This document shows, piece by piece, positions 52,901 to 64,000 of a stretch of 64,000 nt of DNA (within the stretch, counting starts at the first letter, position 1; every line of letters begins with the position of its first letter). The translations under genes were made by a program, and so were the position numbers. The stretch spans positions 15,624,001-15,688,000 of the forward strand of contig OX597830.1 of NCBI GenBank assembly GCA_951406725.2, written 5' to 3'. The stretch comes from Octopus vulgaris (taxonomy: Eukaryota). The notes beneath the pieces were generated by a model. It was given only the letters and a program-made list of their open reading frames with translations. It was not told the origin of the DNA and searched no databases.

Positions 52901-53125
52901 GTTAAGTTAAGTTAATTTTTTTGGCTCAAAAAGCAAAAAGCAAGGCCATGTAGGGGGACAAGGAGTTAAGTATAGGGAGGGTAGTCATACAAAGAGTTCA
53001 GGTCATTTCTGGTCAAGAGAGACTTTGAACCTATCTTGTCCGGCAGCTTATTCCATGGATCCGCAACCCGGACGGAGAAAGCCCCTCTCCTTCGATTGAG
53101 ATGAAATCATCGCAGATAGAGCTTC
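52901..53125 (-). mobile_element. CR1/L2-like LINE 3' end
   Basis: Minus strand reads KLYLR*FHLNRRRGAFSVRVADPWNKLPD, matching the CR1-type C-terminal FSxRVxxxWNxLP motif. (TTAAC)n tail. Confidence 0.78.
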
Positions 53126-53594
53126 AGAAGTGAATATATTCATAATAAATATTTGCCCATGTCAACAGTATGTGTGATTGTCCATTATCAGGAAAAGACC
53201 TGATAAAAAGTAACCAGTATGTAGTTGTATTTCAGCCAAACTGACAAAAGCAACTCAGTTCTCCAGCTTATTGGATTTCATGAAATTTCTTCAGTTTTCA
53301 GTTTAAGTGATTTACAAAAGAACCGTCGTCCTCATCATCGTTGTCATTTATTGTCCGCTTTCCATTCTGGCATGGGTTGGACAGTTTTACATAGAGCTGG
53401 CTAGCAGGGAACTGTCCAGGCTCCAATTGCCTGTCATGGCAGGGTTTCTGCAGTTGGATGCCCTTCCTATTGTCAACCATTTAACAGTGTGCTGGGTACT
53501 TTGGAAATCTAGAAGCATTGAAATATTCTAGCACGTTCAGTGTATTATCACTGAATACCCAAGTTATGATAATGTCTCAATATATCAAACACTA

Positions 53595-53826
53595 AGGCAG
53601 CGAGCTAGCAGAAACATTAGCACGCCGGGCGAAATGTTTAGCGGTATTTCGTCTGTCTTTACGTTCTGAGTTCAAATTCTGTGGAGGTTGACCTTGCCTT
53701 TCAACCTTTCGGGGTCGATTGAATAAATACCAGTTATGCACTGGGGTCGATGTAATCAACTTAATCCCTTTTTCTGTCCTTATTTGTCCCTTCTATGTTT
53801 AGCTCCCTGTAGGCAATACAGAAATA
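53595..53826 (+). mobile_element. SINE family B, full length
   Basis: 16-bp TSD AATATATCAAAC(A/G)CTA at 53579-53594 and 53827-53842. Confidence 0.88.
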
Positions 53827-55066
53827 AATATATCAAACGCTATAATGGTAATACTTTCCCAAGAATCCTACCTTTAGAATCAATTATTTAAATTGCCTTT
53901 AAGAGACTTAGTTATATGTTATTCCTTTCTTTTTCTTTTCTTGATAATTGCAAATCTGCCTTAATGGACAGACAAAGAGATTCTGTTAGTTACATAGTTG
54001 AGATAAAAGTTACAAATCTGGAATTGAATATTTCTGTTTTTCTGTAAGGAATTCTACAGAATATATTTTGATAATTCTTCAATTATTATATGGTGATTTG
54101 GAAAATAATAGCATCATGATTACAGATTAATGAGCCAATCATTTGGTCACTGAATTCTGGATGGTATTTGTGGCAAGGGAATGACTATAACTTAGCGTAG
54201 CAGAAATATCGCAAGGAACATTGTTTGAAGAGCACCGTTTGTCACTTTTTCACCAACTTTTGCATTCTTTATAATTAAAATAAGCAAAATATAGCCACAT
54301 GCACATGCACCTGTACATATATGGGCTTCTAAACACTCTCTGTCTACCAATTTCCGCTTGCCAGGTAACTCTTTGGTAGAAGTTGCTTACCAAAGTGCTG
54401 TACAGTGTGATTGAACCTGAAACCTCATAGCCGCAAATCAGATTCTTTAACCATTCACCAATATCCGCACCTCTGAAATAAAAGTTATAAATCTGGAATT
54501 AAATATTGCTGTTTTTCTGTAAGGAATTCTACAGGATATATTTTGATAATTCTACAATTATTATATTTATGAAAGATGATAATTAAGTTGTAATCAACAT
54601 AGGATTCAGTTTTATCGAATGTTCTTTAAAAATGTCAAAAAAAGAAAAAAAAAAGTAGTAGCTCTACATATTTTCATTTGGCTATTTTTCATATAATCCA
54701 AAATTCTTCATTCTGATTGCTAAAAATGATTCTTACTTGTTTTGAATAAAACCTTTCTGTTTGTAGTTGGGGATTTTAGAAAATTAGAAAAGAGAAGAAT
54801 TTAGACACTCATTCCTTAATTTCAAATGAACAAACATTGAGATATGATCCTTGACAGAGCACCTGCTCTATTGATAATTAACCACTTATGCTATAAGAAA
54901 AAGAAAACTGGCAATTTATTCTGTAGTTCAGTGAAGTTACATTTTAGGCAAAGTTTAAATTTTACTTTGTAATAGGGAAAGAATTTCAGACTTTCAAAAA
55001 GCAAATTTCATAATATATATAATGATAAATGATAAAATTATAGATTTTATATATATATCTGTGTAT

Positions 55067-55127
<61 letters not shown>

Positions 55128-56646
55128 CATACATACATACATACATACATACATACATACATACATACATACATACAAACTCACATACACACAGTGAGAG
55201 AGATATTACCATGTGTATATATGTTTTTAATAAAACATGACTATTTTTATATATTATATATGTAATATGCATACATATGAATTATATAGATAAAAATTTT
55301 TGATAATATATTAAATGAAAATGTGTGTGTGTTTATAGGTATGTATGTACATCTATGTTTCTGTAGTTTTATCATCTCACACACATATATATACACACAC
55401 ACATACATACATATATATATATATATAACAAATGTATTATACATAGAGGTATACGTATACATACATATTATATATTACATATACACATACATAGTATGTC
55501 ACACTGGTTAGACTTAAAAATTACATCAAATATACATATATCTCTGGAGTAATAAACCTTTTAAAGTCTTAATTTAATGTGTGTCTCTGTCTGTGTGCTT
55601 GCAAATATTTGTTCTTGCAACATAATTTTGCTGTCAAAATGAAAAGAGCTCAACAGCTAACTTGATTATAACCAGGAATCTCCTATATCTTTAGTAAAAC
55701 AACACTTCCCAGACACAAGTGGAACAGATTTATTTAACACCCATTTTCCAGATCACATTAGTTTCTAGTTCTCGTATGACATACACCCACCTCACCCCTC
55801 ACACAACCAGCCAGCTTTTAATTGCCTCTGGGAATACTTTCTTTCCAAAGCTTTGACATATCCGGAAGCTGTTATACCATCGGATGGTATAAAAGAAAGC
55901 ACAGAACTGACGGTAAACACTTTCAAAAAAACATTATCAACATCTACACTTATTCAGATTGAGTCAGAGACATTCTTATCTCAGTCCATCTGAAAGCTCA
56001 AAGACTAAGAATGAGACTGCACTCCATTTCCATGAGACACTATGGTTCAAAGTATTACATTCTTTAACAAATAACCAAAGGCTTTGCTGAATTTGAGAAG
56101 TTCCGGATATCAAAACGGCCAGGAATATGACTGATCCAGAGCATAGAGATATTATCTAATTGCCAGAGGTTGAAATTCTTCTTTGACAGCTTCCATACAT
56201 ATGAAAATCTAAGTGTCGTCAAATGTGTCCACAGAACAGTGCCCTTCCACCAAATGATTGGTTTCCTTTTCACCATAGCAGTTCAGTTTGGTCACTAAGA
56301 ATCATTTTGGCAGATGCATATGGACATAAGAAAAGAACATTCAGTAAATATTGCCTGACCATGTATATGATACGTGCATGTAGGATATACATGTGAAATT
56401 CTGAGTTGCAATACAACAATATATTATTAATAGACACACAAAATGTGTGTGCTTATATATATATATATATATTAATAAATAAAACATGCATATATATATA
56501 CATTATATATACATATATACATATATGTGCGTACCTACCTCTACATGTATATATACACGCATATATGGGTACAGGACACCATATATATATATATATATGT
56601 TCCAAGGTCATCTACTTGTAAGAATGAGTCTTACAGGCTCAGTTAA

Positions 56647-56857
56647 CCCTGTAGCCATTAAACCGGCCATATCCAGCCAAAAATATTCTGCTCGTTTTAT
56701 GTTCAAACTAGCCATATTTTGCCTCTCACACCTACTCTACAATGTCATTCTAAAAATGAACAATCACTTCCTCAAAACTTTGATGCTACAGGACAATTCA
56801 TAATTAATTCAAAGCAATGTGAATAAATAAGCCAAATATAATCTGAGTGCTAAAAAG
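56647..56857 (+). mobile_element. piggyBac-like MITE family P2
   Basis: TTAA-flanked and colinear with 26554-26774. Confidence 0.75.
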
Positions 56858-58102
56858 TTAAATGACACACCAGTCAAGAAACTTGCTTCAATTCAACTAA
56901 TTAGCTTTCTCTCATGTTTATGGTTTTGTATATATATTTATATACATCATCATTTAACATCCATTTACCCATGCTGGCATGGGTTGGATGGTTTGACAAG
57001 AACAGACAAGACATTCATTTATATATAGCCATACATACACAGATACACATACACGCATATAGATAGAAAGACAAATCCATATATATCCTCACCTTCAATG
57101 CAGCCCTTCACATAAAAGAGACGAATCTTCTTGGGTCCCATAGCAACATGTCCTGCTTCACTTAATGCTTGTTAATAACCCATGAAGTGAAGACGACTTT
57201 TTGTTCCAGCTGTATATATATCTTACTAAGAAGAAGTTAGGTTATTTCAACTAAATGGACCACCCATGTCAACAAGCAACTTCTGTGCGTGGATAACAAT
57301 ACTTTGCATGGTCACATGCTTAAATCTTCAGGTAGCAGTTTGGGAAATCATTAGATATTATAATTAGTGCAAAGATTTTATTGCTTTTACTTACATCTCC
57401 AAGACAAGCTGTCTTCTCTATGTCTAAAGAGCACAAGTCTACCTGTCACCGCCAGTGGTTCTACAGCACTTTTATTCACCATCACAAGTACTTTTATGCC
57501 ACCTCATAAGTGTGTGTTTCTACAAGGCTCCCCACTGAAGAGAATGCCAATCAATCTCAAGGTCAGCGCTTCACCAAGTTGTCACTGGTACCGAGTTTCA
57601 AGGAGGGAAACTGAGATACATAAAATTAAGTGCCTTCACTTAAGGAAGAACACGATGCTCCTTCAGCTCCAAGAATCAGTCTCTGTAATCTCATGATTTG
57701 AGAGCAGAGGATCCAAACCACTACATGTGTCTTTGTGTGTGTGTGTGTGTGTCTGTGTATTTATAGTGGGGTAAAAAGTGGATGAGTTAAAGATTAACAT
57801 TATTAGTTTGGCTATGAGAGGAATGGTAAAAGTTTTAAGGTGTTGTGGATATTGTCCTTCTTTACAATAGGGAATAGAGTGGTAAGGATGAAGGAATTAT
57901 GAGAAAAATATAAATAAAAGATGCAATCATCATCATCATCATTTAACGTCCGCTTTCCATGCTAGCATGGGTTGGACGGTTCAACTGGGGTCTGGGGAGC
58001 CCGAAGGCTGCACCAGGCCAGTCAGATCTGGCAGTCAAAGAGAAAATACCCACATGAGGTTTGTGTAATAGTGACCGTACATACATATACATAAATACAT
58101 AC

Positions 58103-58155
<53 letters not shown>

Positions 58156-58211
58156 CATATATAACTTAGATATGTTTCGACCAAAGATTGGTCCAGGCCA
58201 TGTCTAACTTA

Positions 58212-58252
<41 letters not shown>

Positions 58253-59352
58253 CATGCAGTTTCACAGAGAAAGAGCAAGAGAAATTGATGTGGATTCTCC
58301 AAATCCAGTCTGTTAGTGGCACAGTGAAGATTTGTAAGATATTCCCCAAATTCTCCATCTGAGATTCTTATGTGAATAAATGCACTCGCTTGGATGTATG
58401 CATCGACAGTTCAACCAGCACACCAACTCAACCGCAAATTTACAAACCCCAGGAACTCTCTTAACTCGAAAAGTTTTTATCACTTTGTTAGCAACTGGCT
58501 TGAACTCTCAAGAACTTAAATAAAATTCATACATACATACATGATTGTCATCATCATTATTTAGCATCCTAGCATGGGTTAGCTGGTTTGATGGCATCCA
58601 ACAAGCTAGAGGACTATGTCAAGTTCCAATGTCTTCTACGATATGCTTTCTACAGTTGGGTGCTATTTTCATGACCCTAGCACTAAGGAAGTTACCAAGT
58701 GAGTCGCAAGACAAAATATTGTGTAGTAGAGAGGGAGGTGGCTTTATGCCAGGTGTGGAAAAGCTAAAGCATTATAGAGGGACAGGCACCAGTGTTTTGT
58801 TGTAGAAGAGGTGCATGGCTTCCTCACATTATACAAGCATGGTTGAGGTTAGCTGGGAAGAAGATAAAGATGGCAGTGTTGATATTTCAGAGCAAATTCT
58901 CAGAGTACATGAAGGTGAGTATAAGGGAGAATAAGGACTGAGGAATAATAGGGAGAATGTGTAAGTTGGTGACAGACTAACATTTTATATGCATACACAC
59001 ACACATACATGCATATATGCATACACATCACTGTGATAGACAACATGGGAATATGACCTATGTGTGTGTGTGCTTGCTGATTTAGCCATTAAATGATGCC
59101 ACATCACTGGCTAAGCAGGCAGGCCATTTATCTCTTCAGTTTAGCCGACTTTCAACCTCTCTGAATAAATTTTCCGCCCACTTTGGCGAAGGCAGTCCAC
59201 CAGCATGGTGCCTTTGTTCATTGCCTTTGTGGCTGGGTTGGATCTCCAGGCTATATGTAGTTATACCCAAAAAGCCATAACCACCAAACAGCCAGGAGCT
59301 CTGCTGCATCTCATTGAAGCACCAAAGTAGGATTTACAGCAGATAGATATAT

Positions 59353-59570
59353 ATCATCATCATCATCGTTTAATGTCCGTTTTCCTAGCTAGCATGGGTT
59401 GGACAGTTCGACCGGGGTCTGGGAATCCAGGGGGCTGCACCAGGCTCCAGTCTGATCTGGCAGTGTTTCTACAGCTGGATGCCCTTCCTATTGCCAACCA
59501 CTCCATGAGTGTAGTGGGTGCTTTCTACATGCCACCAGCACAGGTGCCAGGGAAGGCTGGCAACGGCCAT
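59353..59570 (-). mobile_element. RTE-tail family D element
   Basis: (cat)n-cgtttaatgtccgttttcctagctagcatgggttggac..., reverse complement of 20346-20502. Confidence 0.8.
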
Positions 59571-59610
59571 ATACATATATATATATATATATGTATGTAT
59601 GTAGGTAGGT

Positions 59611-59753
59611 ATATACTTCTTTTATTAAAGCTGCAAAATGATCGCAGAACTGTTGCTCAGAGTTTCACATTCCCATTCATTGGACAAGTGAGAACCTGAA
59701 ACTCTGAGTAAGAGTTCTGTAAAATTTTGCAGCTTTAATAATAAAAAGTATAT
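59611..59753. mobile_element. Inverted-repeat (Penelope-tail-like) element with decayed hammerhead
   Basis: About 57-bp imperfect inverted arms (59611-59667 and 59697-59753). Inner ends are GTTTCA...TGAAAC, the same architecture as 32523-32644. Confidence 0.5.
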
Positions 59754-60059
59754 TACTCTTCCTTTGGTCTACGAGTATAATTTTTTTCCCAGCTTATTTT
59801 GCAGTTATGTGCTCAGCTGTGTGTAAACACACGCACACACGTTTGCACGCACGCATACACACACTCACACATATAACATATAAGGCACAGGCATAGCTGC
59901 ATAGTGACAAAGCTCACTTTATTATACCCGTGTGCCAAGTTCATTCCCATTATTTGGCACTGCTTTCGTCTTGGTTCAAGAAACTGTTTCAGTATTTCAA
60001 GACTGAATGTATTTTGGCCTTTGACCAGCCAATTGGAGATTGATGCATGATAGAAAATA

Positions 60060-60291
60060 CAGTAAACCCTCAACTATCACAGGGGTTACATTCCAAAAAC
60101 CCCATGCGAAAGGTGAAAAATCCATGAAGCAGAAACAGTACAGTACTATATATATATATATTTTTTAGAATTATTTTTATAATTCGTATATATTTATTTT
60201 ATTATGAATGCAAAACAACTCCACGGAGGAATCGATGTAAGCTTAGATAATAAATTGCGATAGGTGGACCGTGATATGGCAAGGGATTACT
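60060..60291. mobile_element. Tigger/pogo-like MITE
   Basis: TA|CAGTAAACCCTC...GGGATTACT terminal inverted match, with internal gcgaaaggtgaa/gcgataggtgga motifs. Confidence 0.55.
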
Positions 60292-60501
60292 TGTTTCAGT
60301 CGTTAGATTGTGGCCATTCTGGAGCACCACCTTGAATTTTTAGTCAAGTGAATCAACCCCAGTATTTTTTGTTTTTCTGAGCCTGGTGCTTATTCTATCA
60401 GTCTTTTTTGCCGAACTGCTAAGTTATGGAGACACAAACACAACAACACCAGTTGTCAAGTGGTGGTGGAGGACAAACACAAAGACACACATGGATATAT
60501 A

Positions 60502-60544
<43 letters not shown>

Positions 60545-60753
60545 GAAAGAAGCCTGTCGTATATATGTATATATATATATATATATATATACGACAGGCT
60601 TCTTTCAGTTTCCGTCTTCCAAATCCACTCAAGGCTCTAGTTGGCTCAAGGCTATCGTAGAAAACACTTTGCCCAGGGTGTCATGCACTGGGCCTGAACC
60701 CAGAACCATGTGGTTGAGAAGCAAGCTTCTTACTACACACCCACACCTGCACC
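60289..60753 (-). mobile_element. SINE family A with internal fold-back duplication
   Basis: Reverse complement of family A. Palindrome at 60545-60606. Confidence 0.8.
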
Positions 60754-60892
60754 TAAAGTTAGCCAACCTTGTTAGTATGTTGGGACCTTGATTTTGCTAG
60801 TGTTTAAATGTTATAAGCTTGTTTTTCACTGATGTTTTAAAACTACATTTTCATATAAAGATGCTTTTTGTTGTATTTTCCTCATCTAGATT

Positions 60893-61336
60893 ACCTTCTT
60901 CTTCCTCTTCTTCTTCTTCCCCTCTTCCTCCTTCCTCGCCTCCTCTTCTTCCTCCTCCTTCTTCCCCTCCTCCTTCCTCGTCTCCTCCTCTTCCTCCTCC
61001 TTCCTCCTCCTCCTTCTTCCCCTCCTCCTTCCTCTTCCTCCTCCTTCTTCCTCCTCCTCCTTCTTCCCCTCCTCCTTCCTCCTCCTCCTCCTCCTTCCCC
61101 TCCTCCTCCTTCTTCTTCCTCCTCCTTTCCCTCCTCCTCCTCTTCCTCCTCCTTCCTCCTCCTCCTTCTTCCTCCTCCTCCTCCTCCTCCTCCTCCTTCA
61201 TCCTCCTCCTCCTTCTCCCCCCTCCTCCTCCTCCTCCTCCTTCTTCCTCCTCCTCCTTCTTCCCCCTACTTCTTCCCCTCCTCCTTCCCCGTCTCCTCCT
61301 CCTCTTCTTTCTTCTTCTTTTTCTTCTTCTTCTTCT
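60893..61336. repeat. About 440-bp (CCT/CTT)n polypyrimidine tract
   Basis: Directly visible. Source of the poly-P/S/L and poly-E/G/R ORFs. Confidence 0.95.
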
Positions 61337-62177
61337 AATATGGCCTTTCAATTCCAACCAGTTTCCCACCGATATTAGCAGCAATTTTTCTCTGCAGAAT
61401 TTCTAGTTCTATCGTGTCTGCTAAATGGCTAGCACTTCACAGACGTCATTAGGTAAGAATGTTCAGAGTGTCCTGAAACGGATTTTAGTTTCAACAACAT
61501 TTTCATTTAAGGTGTCCTTTCCACTCTTAGATTTTTCACCAGCTATAAAACTTCTCGAATTATTTGATGCCCTTAAAGAGTTGCCAGCATGAAAGTAGTA
61601 GGACTGCTTTATTCCATTCCCTTTACTAACCACGAATAGTTCAAATTTACTGTCATTTACTTTCATGTTGATCTACTCAGATCATTTGATAACATTATTT
61701 GAGATCAGATTGAAACAGATTCACAGGAATTTCTGGTTTAATTTTGGAATGTTGAATATTTTGGTTATCCAGAACATTTATGTGAATAATGCAAATGATG
61801 GAGTCCTCAGTAGTTATTTGGTTATGAATGCTCATGGCCATTGCTGAGTTTCAGTATACTCAGTTGCCAATCAGCTGCTGCATTCCGTTGCCATCAACTT
61901 GAATAATTTTCCATGAATGCCTGAGGGCTGTATGTGCAGAAAGGCATGAGCCATTGTGTGAACATGTGTGTCAGTATGCATGTGTGTGTGTGCACATGTA
62001 GGTAAACATGTTTACATTAGTTGACCTCAAGCATAAAATTTTCATTAGGTCACAGTTCATCCTTGTTTCCAAAGAATATAAGCATGAATCTAGTCTTCTT
62101 GAAAGTGACCATCACCCAGTAATTGCTGGTAGTCATTTCACGTTAAGTAAGCTGGAGCAATGTCAAATAAAGTACAT

Positions 62178-62480
62178 TGGAAGCACATGGCCTAGTGGTT
62201 AGAGCGGTGGACTCGCAGTCAAGGGATTGCAGGTTCGAATCTCAGACCGGGCGATGTGTGTGTTTATGAGTGACACACCAAAGCTCCATGCGGCTCCGGT
62301 AGAAGGTAATGGCGAACTTCTGCTGACTCTTTCGCCACAACTCTCTCTCACTCTTTCCTCCTGCATCTTGCAGCTCACCTGCGAGGGACTGGCGTCCCGT
62401 CCAGGTGGGGAACCTATACGTCGAGGAAAACAGGAAACCGGCCCTTATGAGCCAGGCGTGGCTCAAGAAGGAACAAACAA
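62178..62480 (+). mobile_element. tRNA-derived SINE family C (tail type 3), inserted in an older SINE relic
   Basis: A-box TGGCCTAGTGG, B-box GGTTCGAATCT, (ACAA)n tail. TSD CAAATAA(A/G)GTACATTG at 62164-62179 and 62478-62493. Confidence 0.85.
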
Positions 62481-63644
62481 ATAAGGTACATTGCTCAAGA
62501 ACATAACGCATGGCTTGCTGCAAGAATCTCATCCACAGTTTTATTGATCACGAGCATAACACCCTAACTACAAGACCACATGTCTTTGCATATGTGCATG
62601 CACACACACACACGTGCACAGAGGCACATGTATACACACTTACCCACTGAATGTTAGATTGATGTCATTTAATAATGTCTCTGCTGCATCATCAAAATGT
62701 CGTTCATGTAGCATTTCGACAGTAATGGTAAACACACGTTAATATCTGAAGAAAGCAGAGAGCACCAATCAGATGTGTCACGTTGTGAAATCGATGATTA
62801 AGTGGATATATTATTCATTAAAACTTTTCATTATTTTATCAACAAAAGATACATCGTGGACTTTTGAAAACGATTGTGTTTTATTCTTTATTCATTGAAG
62901 TTCTCTAAACGATTTAGCTGTTTTCTAAACAGGTGCCATAATGTCAAGTAATTCAGTGTCAGAGGAAGACGTAACAATGCCATTCAAAGTTGCTTTTGTT
63001 TAATTCATTAGGCTTGAAGTTGCGTTCTTTTGTTTCTGTGTGTAGTGTTAGTCATTACCAAAGTGGAAGGGTGCCTTATCTCTGGCTTTCACTTAATGTT
63101 TTCAGGAATTGGTGTAAATGGATTTCACTATTGTTGAATTAAATTCAATGATAAAAATATTTATGTTGACTTGCACTTCGTTAAAAAAACAGGAAGATAT
63201 AAATAAATAAATAAATAAATAAATCCGTGGCCTCAAAGCAACTAAGCTGGCTTGCTTGTTCTTTTAAAATCTGACTATTTCATATCTTCTGTCTAAATGA
63301 AACAAAAATTATGAGACATAAGAATTAATTCCGTTAAGAGAAATTAGTTCTGTTATTGAAATTAGCAAATCATTTGTTGTAACTGAAATTAGTGATGAGT
63401 TTTTCAAGTTTCACGGTACACGTTTTTCTTTCAGTATGGAGTTATCTCAGCGTTTTGCTTTTGTTTAAATTGCAAGAGTCGTTATAGTGTTTTCTCTGCT
63501 CTAGATTCTGTTTTAATTATACTGGATTGAGGAAATTGTATTTTGAGTAAAATGTAATTTTTCAAATTCTTAAATTAGTATCAAGTGTACACACACATAC
63601 ACTCAAGTGCATACACACAGGCACTATATATATATATATATATA

Positions 63645-63860
63645 ATGTGACCGTGTGTGTACTGTTGGCGATTTTATTTTTTTTCCTCCGTCTTCCTTTC
63701 TCTGGATCTTTCCTTTTCCTATGTTTCTGATGAAGAGCTCCTCTCGAAACGTTAAACCCTCCTTCTTCCCTTCCTTCCTGAGCGTCCAATAATACTATAT
63801 TTGTTCCACGTCCTCGTGTTGTTGTGTTTTCTCTTTGTGTTTTCATGTTTGGATTAACTT
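63645..63860 (+). mobile_element. Small non-autonomous Penelope-like (pLTR-type) element inserted in (TA)n
   Basis: About 215 bp CpG-containing segment bounded by (TA)n tracts on both sides and carrying the minimal hammerhead. Family assignment is inferred from the ribozyme. Confidence 0.5.
63723..63757 (+). ncRNA. Minimal type-I hammerhead ribozyme motif
   Basis: gttt-CTGATGA-a-gag ctcct ctc-GAAA-cGTT-aaac. 4-bp helix I, 3-bp helix II, loopless palindromic AACGTT helix III as in Penelope-associated minimal hammerheads. Confidence 0.65.
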
Positions 63861-64000
63861 TATATATATATATATGTATATCATCATCATCATCATCATA
63901 ATTATTAATGTTTTAGTAGACAATTTTCTATGCTTGCATGGGTCAGACTGTATTTGTTGAGGCAGATTTTCTATGGCCAGACACCCATACTGTTGTCAAA

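Noticed and set aside
55860-56280. Higher-complexity region with DGKH (+) and PGRFD (-) peptides reminiscent of NAB NCD2
   Set aside because: The matches are only 4 residues, on opposite strands, with stops nearby and no splice-compatible exon.
58165-58212. Small hairpin between (TA)n tracts with gacca/tggtc-GAAAC-atatc on the minus strand
   Set aside because: It has a helix II/GAAA-like half but no CUGANGA strand, so it cannot be called a ribozyme.
60819-61406. Long ORFs of 156-195 aa on both strands
   Set aside because: They are translations of a (CCT/CTT)n tract with no domain content.
62178-62250. tRNA-like sequence with A and B boxes
   Set aside because: No acceptor stem pairing. It continues into a SINE body with a TSD.

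Overview
AT-rich, microsatellite- and transposon-dense eukaryotic genomic DNA. The SINE families and repeat landscape resemble an Octopus/cephalopod genome; this is inferred from memory of such repeats, not verified. The only host gene I can support is the 5' half of a NAB (NGFI-A/EGR-binding corepressor) gene on the + strand. It has three GT-AG coding exons (18439-18538, 30638-30775, 38208-38437) that splice in frame and encode the complete NCD1 domain plus a Ser/Pro-rich linker. NCD2 exons are not visible, so intron 3 probably runs beyond 64000. The rest is upstream or intronic sequence containing at least four SINE families, 3' fragments of RTE, CR1/Jockey and RLE-type LINEs, and piggyBac-, hAT- and Tc1/pogo-like MITEs. 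Most listed ORFs are microsatellite or SINE artefacts. The most interesting signal is a set of type-I hammerhead ribozyme motifs in small Penelope-like repeats inside NAB introns: a complete sense-strand motif at 32578-32630 with its own antisense arm, a minus-strand variant with a compensatory G3-C8 core at 48788-48837, a minimal palindromic-helix-III motif at 63723-63757, and a decayed one near 59650-59690. Also notable are a SINE that recurrently forms head-to-tail multimers with the same junction, nested MITE stacks, and an M-P-stop uORF overlapping the NAB start codon.
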